This document shows positions 1-15,182 of a stretch of DNA of 64,000 nucleotides, piece by piece; position 1 is the first letter of the stretch; every line of letters starts with the position of its first letter. The DNA comes from Microbotryum violaceum. Taxonomy: Eukaryota. Position numbers and translations under genes: made by a program. The notes under the pieces are model-generated. The model saw only the letters and a program-made list of their open reading frames with translations. It had not been told where the DNA came from and made no database searches. Location of the stretch: contig CDLV01000005.1 in NCBI GenBank assembly GCA_001244265.2, positions 1,860,001 to 1,924,000 of the forward strand. Reading direction: 5' to 3'.

Positions 1-1958
<1,958 letters not shown>

Positions 1959-1960
1959 GG

Positions 1961-2134
1961 AAGGCGCATTTTAACACGACTGGAAAAGACGAAGATGAGC
2001 TGCACTCCACATGCGCCTGGGACTTGCGACTTGAATTTGCAAACGGAGGTATTCGACAGACTGACCCCGCAAACAGAGCAAGAAGCCCCTGTGATTTTCA
2101 CCATGCGGCGGTCTATTTCTTCTACAAGCGCTAA
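1961..2134 (+). pseudogene. C-terminal fragment of a USP-like cysteine peptidase (His-box-like), probably the 3' end of another Mutator-like element copy
   Basis: Frame absent from the ORF track: KAHFNTTGKDEDELHSTCAWDLRLEFANGGIRQTDPANRARSPCDFHHAAVYFFYKR*. Its xHF...WD...NGG...AVYFFYKR layout resembles the His box and terminal AYxLFYxR of C19-type proteases. Cut at its 5' side by the Copia A LTR. Confidence 0.45.
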
Positions 2135-2404
2135 AACAAAGCATGGTACAGATCAAATTCTCTTTCTTTTCGTTTCTCTGGACGCTCTTTTTCGCAATTT
2201 GACGAAAGCCTTTCCCTCGCTCCCCCCGAGATGCCTTGGTTTTGTGCCCCCGCCCCCCTGGGCGTGCTCCGAAGAGTCCCCTTTGCGCTGGCGGGCCTCG
2301 CGAGGAGCAGGCACGGGAACGGGAACGAGAACGAGACCGAGAACGGCAGTGGCGGCGGCGGACGGACAATCCGATGCTGCGTTCCTTGCCAACCCTCAAG
2401 CGAG

Positions 2405-4260
2405 TTTTTTTTTTGTATGAAACTCATCGCTAATTTGCAAGACGAGAAAACCCCCTACGGAACTAAAGGAGATGCTGCCCAGTATGCACGATGATGACCA
2501 CAACCGCCGCTCGATGCGTTGTCACTAGCAGAACAGACCAACCCGATACATCCGAGTTCAAGTCCCCCCCACCCACGGTTGCTCCGTCCCAGAGACGAAT
2601 GAAAGGAAGATTGAAGATAATACACAAGGAATCGGGAAACGATGGAGGAATTGGTGGTTGTAGTACATGTGTTGTACAGGCGAATCCGATCATAGTTGTA
2701 CAGTTGAACCTTCTTCGATCTTTTGACTTCGTACCCCCCCCCCCCCCCACAGCTTGAGACCGCCATACTCTCCTTGAAGCCCCTTAATTCTTTGAGACGC
2801 GTTGAACAAGGCCTCCGAGGGCACAAACATCCCGCTCAATCCGAATGATTCACGTGGTCCAAAGGGGAAATGTAACCCCCTGCGACCGCAGCAATCACAT
2901 ACCCCTTGTACCCGTCTGCGCTGGATCTCCACCGCGGATTCCAAACCCCTTTTCGGTTACCGAAGTCGGCCCCCCCTCGCGACCACACGACCCCAGATCA
3001 CCCCTATTCAATGACTGCAACTGCGAAACAGGCCTACTTCGCACAAAAACACACAATCCAGAGATTTCCGGGGAAAGTCACGGAGCATGTGACAGTCCAT
3101 TGGACACGCCTCGGTCTGCAGCGCGGGCGGGTGGCCGACAACACCGGCGCGCGGCTGGAGACAAGAGGCGGGGTATACCTTCCGCAGGGGCCTCGCTTCC
3201 CTGCGGCGTACTCCCAATCTCGGAACGCACACTCGAGTCCCCTTGTACGTGCAGGTGGTTCCCAATCACCGCAGATACTGGGGAAAGAAGGAGCATGAGG
3301 CCCACGACGGTGACGTCATTGAGTGAGACCTCGCTCGAGTGTGGATGTGCATGGCGGTTCGGTACCCGAGTCACCCGCCGCGCGGCCGCGACTCCGAGCG
3401 AGCAGCAAAGCAAGGAGAGGCGAACCACGCAGGCAGTTTGTGCCGGCCTTGAACAGGAGATCACGGAGTTGCTCGACCGAAAGAGGGGACAGACCCGGCC
3501 CTTGAGAGGAGTGGAAAACTCACGGCGGAGTCCAGGAGAGGGTCAAGGGGATCCGCTTTCGCTGTGTGTCATCGTGATGTGGCAGAAGCTCGAACCAAGG
3601 GTGACAATGCCCGCCGGCGCAAGGAACTCGAGGCTCCTGGGGAGTACGGAAGCCTATGAGGAGGAATGGTAAAAAGAGCAAGAGAAAACAGGTTCAGTAT
3701 TCTGGCGTGTTTGGGAGACATTGGAGAGATTGAGAAAGAGGGAAAGGGGACTTGTGATTTTTATTGTATTTTTGGTTTTTGGTTTTTGGCTTTTAGTTGG
3801 GTAGGGAGGGAGCGCGCCGTCTACTTCATCGTGCCAATCTGAGCTCTAACCTCTCCTTCAGTCCCGCCATCTCCTTGTCCATGGTCGACATCGCTCTGGC
3901 GTGGCGATGGAGATCCCAGCGTCGGTTGCTGAGAGTGTCGAGCGCCAGCGCAATGAAGGCGCGGATTGGACGCTTTTTCGACGTCGGAAGGCGAGCGCGC
4001 AGTCGAGGGAGGCCGTGCTCGATCTGAAGTGCCGTGTAGTCGAGGTCGAGGATCGACACGACCCCCAGCGCGTCGCAGAGAATGGACCTAGCTGCTTGCC
4101 AAAATTGAGAAGAGTCATGGCAATCATGCCAAAAGTGAGTAAAGTCATCCTCCACCCCTGCCAGGCTGCATGCCTGCACAAGGCAGCAGGCTGAGTCGCC
4201 ATGCCGCTGCACAAACTGGCTCTTCCGCGTTGGCGTGAAGTGGTACGCCAGCTTCTGCCA
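2405..4260 (-). mobile_element. 3' end of an L1/Tx1-like LINE (ORF2 C-terminus, ~1.4 kb putative 3' UTR, poly(A)); probably the detached end of LINE-B
   Basis: ORF2 tail at 3826-4260. The minus-strand end ...TTGCAAATTAGCGATGAGTTTCATAC(A)10 at 2405-2440 resembles the LINE-A end ...TTGCAATTTATGAGCCCCAGTCAAAAC(A)10. Confidence 0.6.
3826..4260 (-). pseudogene. LINE ORF2 C-terminal zinc-binding (zf-RVT-like) region
   Basis: WQKLAYHFTPTRKS...ACCLVQAC...EDDFTHFWHDCHDSSQFW...GLPRLRAR aligns with LINE-A WRLMYDVTPTRKR...CLFC...ETVSHYFFECAYSTSFW...GLPLLRGR. Confidence 0.85.
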
Positions 4261-4479
4261 CGACACATGTAAGGATATATCTTTACACATGAGTTAAGGT
4301 CAATACACAACCAAATCTGTTCATCTTGATATTGTAACATCAACATATAACTATTTCTGAATGGTGTCTGCAAGGACTACATGATAGCATGTGTATTGCA
4401 AGACTTGTAGTGATTCAAAATTTCTGTGTCCTTACCGCACCCTCGTATCCTTACATGTGTCGACATGTGTAAGGATACG
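4261..4479. repeat. Inverted-repeat cluster (MITE-like insert or DNA-transposon terminus)
   Basis: CGACACATGTAAGGATA (4261-4277) is inverted at 4446-4462; two more related copies at 4278-4291 and 4463-4479; the interior is AT-rich and CpG-depleted. Confidence 0.65.
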
Positions 4480-5714
4480 CCCGTGCGCGCACGTGCCATG
4501 TGGAACGACAGGAGGCGCACTTAGCTCGAAGCCTTTGTTCACATTTGTTCACCTAATTGTCCCCACACCGCCCATCGACGTCAACACCGTGGCACTGTTT
4601 GAATTTTGCGAACCAGCCAATTGCGACCTCCAGCTTTGTGCCAGCAGGCACGGACTCAAATCTTTCATCAATGAGATTGCGGAACCGCCAACTTCCCGAC
4701 CCTGACGCCGGGCCCTGGGCTCGGACTCGTTCTGGAGCTGGAGACCGGCCCCAATGGCGGACTCCCAAGTCGAGATTCAAAGTCCCAAGCATCAAACGCC
4801 AATCAACGGTAGGAACCAATCGTTGAATCAGGAAAGGAAACGGCCAGTCGGTCCCCGAGTCGGCAAACTCAGCGCATCCTCAGGACGATTCTGGCGACCT
4901 TCAAGCTGAAGCATTGACCTGCACGGTGTCCGCACCGCGGCTATCGAAATCCACGACTCCAACAGGAGAATTTCCTATCACCGATCCTACAAGCGCCTTG
5001 CCTAATCGCATCAAGTCCGCAGAGGACTGCGAGGAGAACTGTGACAATTATGTGGACGATAAGCACAACGATCACAAGGACGACCGTGACAATGACTCAC
5101 CTTGTTCCACTCGGCTCGCCCACGACACTCCCTTCCACCACACCATCAAGCAAGAGAAATCAACAATGCCTCTCCTGTGCTCCCAGAACAGCGATCCCGG
5201 TTGGCCGTCGCTGCGCAGTCAAAGCAGTGTTGAGAGTGTGAATTCCGCTTCTACCCTCCAAGTCGGCTCGCTTTCACCAGCATTAGCTCCGAACCTCTCC
5301 CGTCTAAGCATTTCACAACCCAAGGCTATTCCAAAGGACAGCTCCATTCTTCCCAAGCATCAAAATACGACTCATAAGCTTGAAGGTACGCCACATGTGT
5401 TGTCTAGATGGTAGGCCATCGGTAACGAGGCGAGGCGCGCACCCGGAGGCTCGATTGGTTTTAAGGCAGTGGATTAGACTTAGTGTCTGAGTGGATTATA
5501 GTCTTGCGCGTGGGCCTATGCCTTCGCAAAGCAGAGTCCCTTGTTTATCTTTTCTTTAATCACTCGTTCCTCGACTATCGGTTCTGACACTGCGCTGCGT
5601 AACATCCTACCGCTGCCACCTCTATAGGTGGTGCACTTTTACATCAACATGCGCTCTCCCAGCCTGCTTAACAAACGGCTTCACTGGAAATTGATATTGT
5701 CCGCTTGCCTTTCT

Positions 5715-8700
5715 TAACGCAGAAAAGATGCGAGCGCGGAAGTAAAGCCTTCCGATAGGTGAGGGTGCACGACGCCGAGAAGTCAGGACCACAATGTAGA
5801 GCGAGTGATGAGAAAGCTATCAAGAGTAAACAGCCGCGCTGGAAGAAAGCCCCGCGCGCTCCCTAACTTAAACAGATCAAACTACAATACCAAAGTGACT
5901 AATAACTAAACGCACGCGCATCCGCGCAGATACCACAGGCACAGACACATATCAAACGACACTCCCCCATGCCAAGGTAGCCAGCGAGACCATCCCGAGT
6001 CCCTCGCGATGCGTAGCGAACTTGAGTTTGGGCAGGGGTTTCGTGAAAATGTCGGCCGTGTTCAGATTGGTCGGACAGTAGCGGAGATCGATATCGCCAA
6101 CCTCGATTCGTTCGCGTAGATAGAAATGATGCACATTCCAATGGCGTGTACGACCTCGAGCTCCGGGATTCTTCGCCAAATCGATGCAAGGTTGGTTGTC
6201 CTCGTGCAGAACAGTAGATTGACCTTGATTGATGCGAAGTTCGGACGCCAGGTTGCGAAGACCGATAGCCTCCTTTGCTGCGGTTGAAGCAGCCAGAGTC
6301 TCAGACTCTGCTGTAGAAGAAGCGACCATCGTTTGTTGCTTCGACTTCCAGGAAATGGCAGGGCCAGCCATAATGACGACATATGCTCCCACAGATCTTC
6401 CGTTGTCGTGATCGCAACCAAACGACGCGTCACTGTACACCTCGAATTTGGTAGAACCGCCTACGCGGTAGAGTAGCCCATAGTCGACGGTGTCAGAAAG
6501 ATAGCGAAAGATTCGCTTGACGCAGATCCAGTCTCCTTCGGTTGGAGCAGCCACGCACTTCGCCACCGCACGAACAGCAGTCGCGATATCGGGACGAACA
6601 CGTTGCGCAGCATATTGAAGCGCTCCCACAGCCGATTGATAAACGAGAATGTCGGCGAACGGAGCAGGAGAAGACGAAACGACGCAATCCTCCATTGGAG
6701 TCGCGACCGGCTTCTTCGACTTGCTTTCGAACGTGTAGTGCTCGAGTAAGCCTCTAATGTACTTAGACTGGTGGACAAAGATGAAATCCTTGGTACGAAT
6801 AAACTCGAGACCGAGGAACGTCTTGACCGGGCCAAGTCGCTTGAGCTTGTAGACCGCATCAAAAGCCGAAATCTCGGAGTCCAGAAAAGCCTGGTTGTTC
6901 GATGCAGCAAGCCCATCATCAACGTACAAAGTGATGATTGCGAACGACTTGCCATGATACTTGAAGTACAGACAAGCATCGACATTGGAGCGCGTATAGC
7001 CGCGATCCGTCATCAGCTTGTGGAGAGCCGCGTTCCATTGCCGAGGAGCCTGCTTGGTGCCGTACATAGATTTAAGGAGCTTGAGAGCGTGACCGGGCCG
7101 AGAGCCACCAGTCCATCCTTCAGGAATCTTCATGTAGACATCCTCCTCCATGATCCCGTTGAGAAACCCAGAATCATAGTCGAACTGTTCGAGGACGAGT
7201 CCGAGAGCGGCAGAGATGGCAATGAGAAACAAAATTGTCGTGATCGACGAGACAGGAGCAAACGTCTCGTTGTAGTCGATCCCAAGTCGTTGAGCGAAGC
7301 CTTATATAACGAGCCGAGCCTTGTAGCTGATGATATTGCCTTCAGCGTCTTCTTTGCGAGTGAACACCCAACGATAGCCCAGGGCGCGAGCCCCGGTGGG
7401 TAGCCTCGTAAGCTTGAAGACCTTGTGCAATTTGAATGAGCCCAACTCCTTTTCAGAAGCGGCCATCCAGTGTTTGGCCTCAGGAGAGGCCATCGCCTCC
7501 ACAAAATTCTTGGGAAGCGGGGGGTGACGAGACAAAACCATAGCAATGAGCTCTGGTGGATGACGGTAGACCGAGCGAGTAGACACGACACGAAGGGCGC
7601 CTGTGTGATGCTGAGCACGCAGGCGAGTCGGTAAAATGTTACCTGCATCGACGTTCTCGAGCGCACCAGGGTTGCGGCCGACACGGTAAGGTCGATACTC
7701 GTAACCATCCTCAGGAGGTAATGGTTGATCGTGTTCCGCAGGGCTGTTGTCGTCGTCACTGCCGATAGCCTCAACAGCTTCCTCGCGTCGATGATCGATC
7801 GGGTCCTCTTCAACTTCAGCGTCTTCGGCCAATGGACCGACAGCCGGGAAAGGAGGAGGAGCAACGTCGTCATCGTCCATATGTTGGAAACGAGGAAGAG
7901 GAGCGGGAGCTGGCCGAAAAGCCGGACCAAGCTCGGGTACGAGCGCAGGCCGTAAAGCCGGAACTTCTGCCTCGGGAAAGAGCGCAGGCTGAAAAGCCAA
8001 ACCTGCCTCGGGTAGGGGAGCAGGCCGTAAAGCCGGAATCTGCTCCAAGCCAGGAAACGGTAGTTGGTGTACTAACTCGTGTTCCTGTAGAGGTTCAACT
8101 TCGTAGATGCGAGGCTCGACAGCCGAGTCCGCAATCGAAGGAGCCTTGTCGGAGAAGGTGACATCGGAAGAGACGACGATCTTGAAAGACCGACCGTGTT
8201 CGACGCAAACCTTGTAGTTGTACTCCCCCGAATAGCCGAGGAAAGTACCCTTGACAGTATGGTCATCGAGCTTCTTACGAATCGCCTTGGGGACGAGAAC
8301 GTAGGCAGTAGATCCGAACGCGCGAAGATGCGAAACGTCGGGTTGCTTGCCAAAGAAGACCTCGAACGCAGTCTTGCCCTTGAGATGTGGGTGAGGACCG
8401 CGGTTGGAAACGAAAACAGCCGCTTCCAATGCGTAGAACCAATACTTCTTGGGAAGTCCGGAGTCCTTGAGCATGGCACGGACGAGCGCGAAGAGAGAGC
8501 CATTCGCGCGCTCCACTTGACCATTCTGCTGCGGCGTGTAGCATGCAGCCAGTTCATGGGTGATGCCAAGTGCCTTGAATTTGCCGCCAAGGAGTTGGTT
8601 GACGAACTCGCCTCCATTGTCAGAACGAACAAACTTGATCTTCTGACCGGACTGCCTCTCGACCTGCGCTTGAAAGCCGCGCCAGACCTCGAGGACTTCA

Positions 8701-10744
8701 GATGCCGACTTTGAACCAAGTGGAAAAGCCCACTTATAGGTTGAAAGTTGGTCGACGATAACCATGTAGATGGATCGTCCATTGGTATCGTCATCGTTGA
8801 CGAATCCCAGATCAATCGAAACCCGTTGAAGAACAAGTTCGGGTTTTCGACTGACATGATTGTGAGAGCCCGCGCGCGCCTTTGCGATAATGCACGGCTC
8901 ACAGTCTTCAATCTTCTTGTCGAGTAAACGAATTCCAACGATAGCCTTGGATTTGACGAGTTGAAGAATTGAAGAGGGTGCCATGTGTCCGAAGTTCCGA
9001 TGCCATTCCATGAGCGAAGCTCCAACGGAAGCACGGGTAGATGCGACGAGCACAGGCGAGGGTGGAGAGACAATCTCAAAATCGAAGACGTAACTTGGTT
9101 GTTTGGCCTTCGTCTTGACAGTTTCGGCGACGAGAGAGCCGTCAAGCCAAACCTGTTGAGTATCTCCCCCATGGCCATAAACTAATTTCGCGCCTCCAGC
9201 ACGGAGCGACGACATTGAGATTAGACCATACCTCGATCCAGGGAGGTAGTACATCTTGAATTTGAGAAGGTGACCTTGCGAAGTCTTAACAGACATTCGC
9301 CCGTATCCAATGGCTTGACCAAGCGAGTTGTCGGCCATCTGGACTTGAATTGGGGATTCCTTAAAATCCGAGAGCAGCGAGCGATCGCCAACAAAGTGGT
9401 GACCAGCTCCGGTATCCGCGATCCAAACGGAGTCGGTATCGGGAGCTCTCGAGGAAGAACCAGCAAGGTAAAGGGAATGGGAGTTCATTGCAACCAACGC
9501 GGGGGCTGCAGATGACTTTGAACGGTTTTCCGGGCACACTGCATCGCTAGACCAGTGTCCCTTCGCTCCACACGCATGACAGGTAGAATCGGGAGGACGG
9601 CGATTTCCTTGACCGTCGCGATTGCCTTTCTTGTGACCTCTTTTGCGACGCGGTCCCTTTTGCGATTCGCCTTGCGCAACGAGCGCAGGAACAGGCGACT
9701 GAGCAATAGCGCGTCCGGAAGTCGTGGCAGATAGTCCATTGATTCGACTTGCCAGCGAGACTTTGAACTGGTAAGACCGTGCCTCGGAAACAATCTCCGA
9801 AGGTAGAGCCAGAGGTCGACGCAGTGAGCTTGTGAACGACTCGTGTTGCGAGTCGAAGACGGAATCGAGCATCAGCGTCGATTGCTGAGCTGGTGGCATC
9901 CCAGAGCCACACGCCTCAAGATCTTGCAAAATTCCATGAATGGTGATCAAGTGGTGCAGTAACTGCCCACGATCGCCAGACAAGAACTTGCGCGAATAGA
10001 GCTCAGTCGTCAAGGCGGAAATCTGAGCGCTCATCGTTCCGAGGTAGAACGTGTTCAGCGAGTCGAGTATGTTGTAAGACGTGTAACAACCCCTGACCAA
10101 GCGAAGATTGGCCTCATCGAGAAACTGAATGATTTCAGCTTGAGTTCGAACCTCCTTCTTTAGCTCCTTGGCGATCTTCGCGTCCATAGCTGCGAAGTTG
10201 AGCCGCTCGAGGGGCGAGTGGAAGCCACGCGATCGATCGTCGATTGCGGCTTGGAGAACAGCCTCCGCAGCCGGGCTCATCCGCCTCGAGGCGCAAAGAT
10301 GCAAATCCTTGGACCCAAGACGACCAATCAGACGTCGACGCCAATCCATATAGTTGGCTGCCCGAAGAATTGGGACATGTAATCCACGTTCACTCGTTTC
10401 GGTAGAGTGTGTTTCGGTGTCCATTCCGATGTTGGTGGTGCGATGTGAATCGCTTTGCTGACCCGGGCCTCCTACGCTACCCGTTGGACTCATAACCTAA
10501 CGCAGAAAAGATGCGAGCGCGGAAGTAAAGCCTTCCGATAGGTGAGGGTGCACGACGCCGAGAAGTCAGGACCACAATGTAGAGCGAGTGATGAGAAAGC
10601 TATCAAGAGTAAACAGCCGCGCTGGAAGAAAGCCCCGCGCGCTCCCTAACTTAAACAGATCAAACTACAATACCAAAGTGACTAATGACTAAACGCACGC
10701 GCATCCGCGCAGATACCACAGGCACAGACACATATCAAACGACA
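5715..10744 (-). mobile_element. Ty1/Copia LTR retrotransposon, family B copy 1 (full length, 5030 bp)
   Basis: 247-bp LTRs at 5715-5961 and 10498-10744 with one mismatch seen; TSD TTTCT (5710-5714 and 10745-10749); PBS 10489-10497; PPT GGGGGAG beside the 3' LTR. Confidence 0.97.
5952..10493 (-). pseudogene. Copia B1 gag-PR-IN-RT-RNaseH polyprotein with one premature stop
   Basis: CHACGAKGHW knuckle, WIADTGA, WHRNFGH...CEPC, VRSDNGGEF, QQNGQVER, YKARLV, LYVDD, YSDAS, ADIFTK; TAA at 7302-7304 where copy B2 has CAA. Confidence 0.93.
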
Positions 10745-11303
10745 TTTCTTAGTGTTGATGGTCAACTCTGAGGTTTCCTTGAAACCTCTCTTGGCGACTA
10801 ACGTGCCGATGATATTTACGCTGTTGGTGTCCATCAACTTCACGGAGACAGGACATTGTTTCGTCTATCTACGAGATATTTTGGAAGAGGTTGCTGAGCT
10901 AACTGGCCTGGCTCTCCAAGGTATGCAAGACAAGATTAGATCGGTTCCCAAGCAATGTTGACAGGCCACTCAGCCAGTTGCTAACCGTTTAATTCGGCGA
11001 CTTATCTGTGCCTTTGTACAGAGGACTCCTGCTTCGACTACTGGGTGGTTGACGACGCGGCTACGTCATCTACTCACTCGACTCCATGCCTTGCCTCCTG
11101 CCGGTACGACCAACTCGCAGCATTTACTGCTGCGACCGACTCTTCGGACAAGGTTCTCGGGTTGACCGGCTTCGTACTCGACATCGACTCATTGCCAGCA
11201 GAAGCAACCATTACCTTGAGAGTGCGTATAGCTTCATGAGTTGACGGATTCTACGTCATTGAGCTTTAGTCGCTGAGCTGACTCTTGATTGCAAATGTCA
11301 CAG

Positions 11304-13379
11304 GTCTACGAGCACATCAAGGCTCAACTCCCATTCGTAAATATCACTACAAGACCTCAAGGCCGGGTAGATGCCCCTGTTCCAAGTGGCGCACCTTCTG
11401 CTTCCAAGCACGACTTGCTTGTCAGGGAAAAGCGTGAAGCATCTCCAAGTGACAGGATCTCCGGCAATCTACGTCCGAACACCGAACCATATTCAACGGA
11501 CGACAAGCTCGTCAACAGTGAAGATCATGCGAATTTACCAACATATAGTGAAGGAAGGACAACGATGACGGACTTGATGCTCGGAGCATACCCACAAGAG
11601 ATTGTTCTTGATCCTTGGCGGCCCAACGGGACTTGGGGCGACGTCCTAATTGTTCGGATGGATCCAGGCTCGAGCGGTGGCTTGTCACACATGTGGGCTT
11701 TCTCGGCGTCATCATCTCGAACCGATTCAAAAGGGCGATGGAAAGGCCCGCGTTTGGATGCAAACGTCGAGTACAGCAAGTACAGCAAAAGACGTTGCAT
11801 GGGCGTGTTCGTCTGTTGTGATCAATCATGCCCTGGCAAGCGTCGACCTCACACATCGCTGTCGACAGCGAGTAGGTCGAAGTTGTTTCAGGAGGAGACT
11901 CCACAGCTCGTCACAGGACGCCCCAAGAAGGCTGCAACCCGCAAGCACCTCGCTCCAAACGTTGAGAGGCCTTCAGACGAGTTACCGCCGTGTCCAATCA
12001 CAAGCTGTAACGGGCCGATGAGGCACATCCTGTGCTCCGCTACGATTGCCCGAGGGCAGCGTGAGGAATGCCCGGGGGAAATATATATCTTTGCATCCTC
12101 CGCCTCTGGTGTCGCGTCCGTCCTCCCAACATCTGGAAGAGCTGCAACAATTGCGTAAAGCCGCTCCACAAGCATCGGCCGCCGAGCTGCGCATGGGACA
12201 AATGACCGCATTTCCGCAGGACCCTCGTCATTGGCCGTCCGCCTCTGAGATTTGCCCTGTATTCGACAGCACTCGATCAATCTCGAGATACGCACCAAGA
12301 GTGGGCCACAATAACCGTAATGGAGCCCTGCCCGACACGTTGATGTCAGCTATTGAAGCTGTTGCCAATGCCGGTTGCCTCGCGTATATCGAAATACCGG
12401 GACAGCGCCAAGGGCAGCCACTTGCTGAGCAAATACACGATCCTGACCCTCGGAAGCAACCCAGGAACGATGGGTCGCGGTCGAAGTCGAAGATCACCTC
12501 CAATTCGCTAACCGACTCTGAGACGTCATTTGGCATCCAGACTCCTCAGATGAAAGCGAGGCTCTCGGAAACGATTGACGACCGGCTAGTCGAAGGCAAT
12601 TTGGGATGGCCTACCGACGCTCACAACACCTACTTTCGCGACAATTGGGTGTTGCTCGCCACGGTCTGCTATTCGCCAAGCGCTCGTCGCTGGTTTCCGA
12701 TCCTGTACTCCGTCGGCAACCACGAGCGATCGGGCTTCTACCGCCGACATTTTGCGCACCTATTCCAGATTCTTGACGATGCCAATTATAGCGTGGAGGA
12801 CATCGTCAACGGAGTCACATTTGTTGTCGATTATTCAAGCGCGCAGATTCGGGTCTTCGCCAAGCCAATTCGGATTGATACGTGGCACGCAAGACCGCAG
12901 ATGTGGGACGCTTGAACGTCACACCCAATCAGGTGTCATAGGGACTGGAGAGGCTATTCAGATTGGCGAGAAGGCGGCAAGCGGGTGCGCCTTTCACTTC
13001 ATTGAGCAGGTCAGGAGGTTCGGGGTCCGACATCTCAGTACGCAAACGGAGCGCGAACGATTTGCAATGCTGGTCAACACCATGCGCAACGCGAAGTCCC
13101 ATGCATCGATTGAGTCCATAGCAAAGCGCACAATCGACGAGTTTCCTGTGTCAGAGAATTGGATCAAATGGTGGACACGACCGGCGATTCGAAATGTGGT
13201 ATTCAAGGAACTCAATGAATCCGCAGAAAGATGCGTGGCTACCACAACAAATGCGGTGGAATCTTCCCACTGGCTCCTAATCCATTCATGTGGTGGCGAA
13301 CGCTTTGGACCGGTGGAAGGGGTGATGCGACTTATCGACTTCGCGAAAATGACAGACCGAATTGAAAGTCATGCGACCG
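11304..13379 (+). pseudogene. GCM-domain Mutator-like transposase core (frameshifted)
   Basis: GCM-like: WAFSAS...RCMGVFVCCDQSC...RRPHT...CPITSCNGPMRHILC. DDE core: WPTDAH (~12610), WFPILYS, HFAHLF, VVDYSSAQ (~12825), GCAFHF (CxxH, ~12985), WIKWW, TTNAVESSH (~13245). Frameshifts near 12090 and 12850. Confidence 0.8.
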
Positions 13380-13607
13380 GTAAGGCCCTGGCATAGCGTT
13401 ACCACCAGCCCATTATCCTCATCTAAAACCATTCTCGCCTTTGCTTTGAAAACAGACAGCTATGTCAGGAGTTCCACTTATCACGAGCAAGGCAACGTCC
13501 GCGCTCATATCAAAGAGATCAAGTCACGCAATTGGGTACCTTTATCCTACGTCAGTGACGCCAACATGCCTGAGCCTTCGATCTCGTTCGCTGCACCTGC
13601 TCGTCTA

Positions 13608-13885
<278 letters not shown>

Positions 13886-14396
13886 GTCTAGCTGGCATCG
13901 GGTTTTCTGAGTCACCACAAGGACCTTCAGACCTGTCAAAGGGTCCTGCAACACCACCACTGAGCGAATCAACCAAATTACCTCCTTCCACGTCAAATCG
14001 TTCCCGGCAGCAACCAAAGAACCGGTCAAGGCAGGGCAATGGGCCCACTGCGCAGTCGATGGCCTCCAAAAAAGGCTCAACACTTGTTGATTACCCCCAC
14101 AAGCGCAAGATTCCTGACCCGCCGTCTGACGAGCATAGTTCAAGCGAATCATCAGACGACGTTGGATTGACGCCCTCAATTCATTGCAATTCATCCGAGG
14201 CCATTCCCCCGACGGATCGCTCCATCAGCTCCATCAAACGTCCAATTCCAAATCAAAAGGTAGTCCTCCCCGCTCAGATTTCAGCGGCCCATTGCGACGA
14301 GTCCCCGTTGTCCCTATGGCTGTGAGGGCGCTCAATGAAGAAACGGAGTTGTCCCAAATACGTACGCCTCCGCCCCAGACTGTTGACTGAGTGCAG

Positions 14397-15180
14397 AGGC
14401 GCTGAGGCCTTACTGACGGAATCCCTGCTCTGATTTATCCTCCGTCTCACGGTTCTTGCGCAGCACAATGCACGAAATTTGGAAGCCCCCAATGGTCGAA
14501 TTTACCGGATACCTCGAAAACGATTGGCCTTCCTCTTGTCGGAACCTGAATCACAATCGGAGGCAAAGAGGACATGTACGTCCGTATTCGACATTCCCCT
14601 GTCCATGGTTGCATCCAAGTCGGAGTTGGCGCCATCGAAATCTGCAAGAAAGGTAGAAATCGCCACGCCAAAACCTGCTTCGACGTCGACGTCACTCGAG
14701 CGCACCAGTGACAAGCTCCCAGAGGACTTTAGATTTGCACCAAGGATAAAATTCGCTCCGCCCAAGACATCGACGTTGACATCGCTCGGTAGCACGATTG
14801 TGCAGCTCCACGCAGACTTCTGGCTTCGATCAGGTGAAGACGGGCCAGTCGTCATTATCCAAGGCCCGTGGAGCGAGAATTCTTGCTGGATTGACTCAAC
14901 GCTTATCGCATTGCTCTCGGTCGCCAACGGATTGGAACCATGGCTGCAGTGTCTGGATATCCTTAACACCCATACAGCCTACGTGATTCCTCCACTTGGC
15001 GATGAGATGGTGTTGAGGCTCCGCCCTCGATATTTGGCACTCGAGCTATGGGATGCGATTCGCATATACACAGCATTGGCTCGAAAGTTTGATATGAAAC
15101 CGGCGGCGAACGCAATTGAAGCATACACACAATTACGAGAACGGATGATTTCCACTGTGGTCGGGATGTTGAAAGAGCGC
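14397..15180 (+). pseudogene. USP/papain-like peptidase N-half (Cys-box-like) of the Mutator-like element, truncated
   Basis: GPWSENSCWIDSTLIALL matches the N-x-C-(W/Y)-x-(D/N)-S-x-L-x-x-L Cys-box pattern; the frame runs into antisense Copia C sequence at ~15181. Confidence 0.55.
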
Positions 15181-15182
15181 GG

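Noticed and set aside
7302-7304. Programmed stop read-through in Copia B1
   Set aside because: B2 has CAA here and the stop lies inside RT, so it is a mutation.
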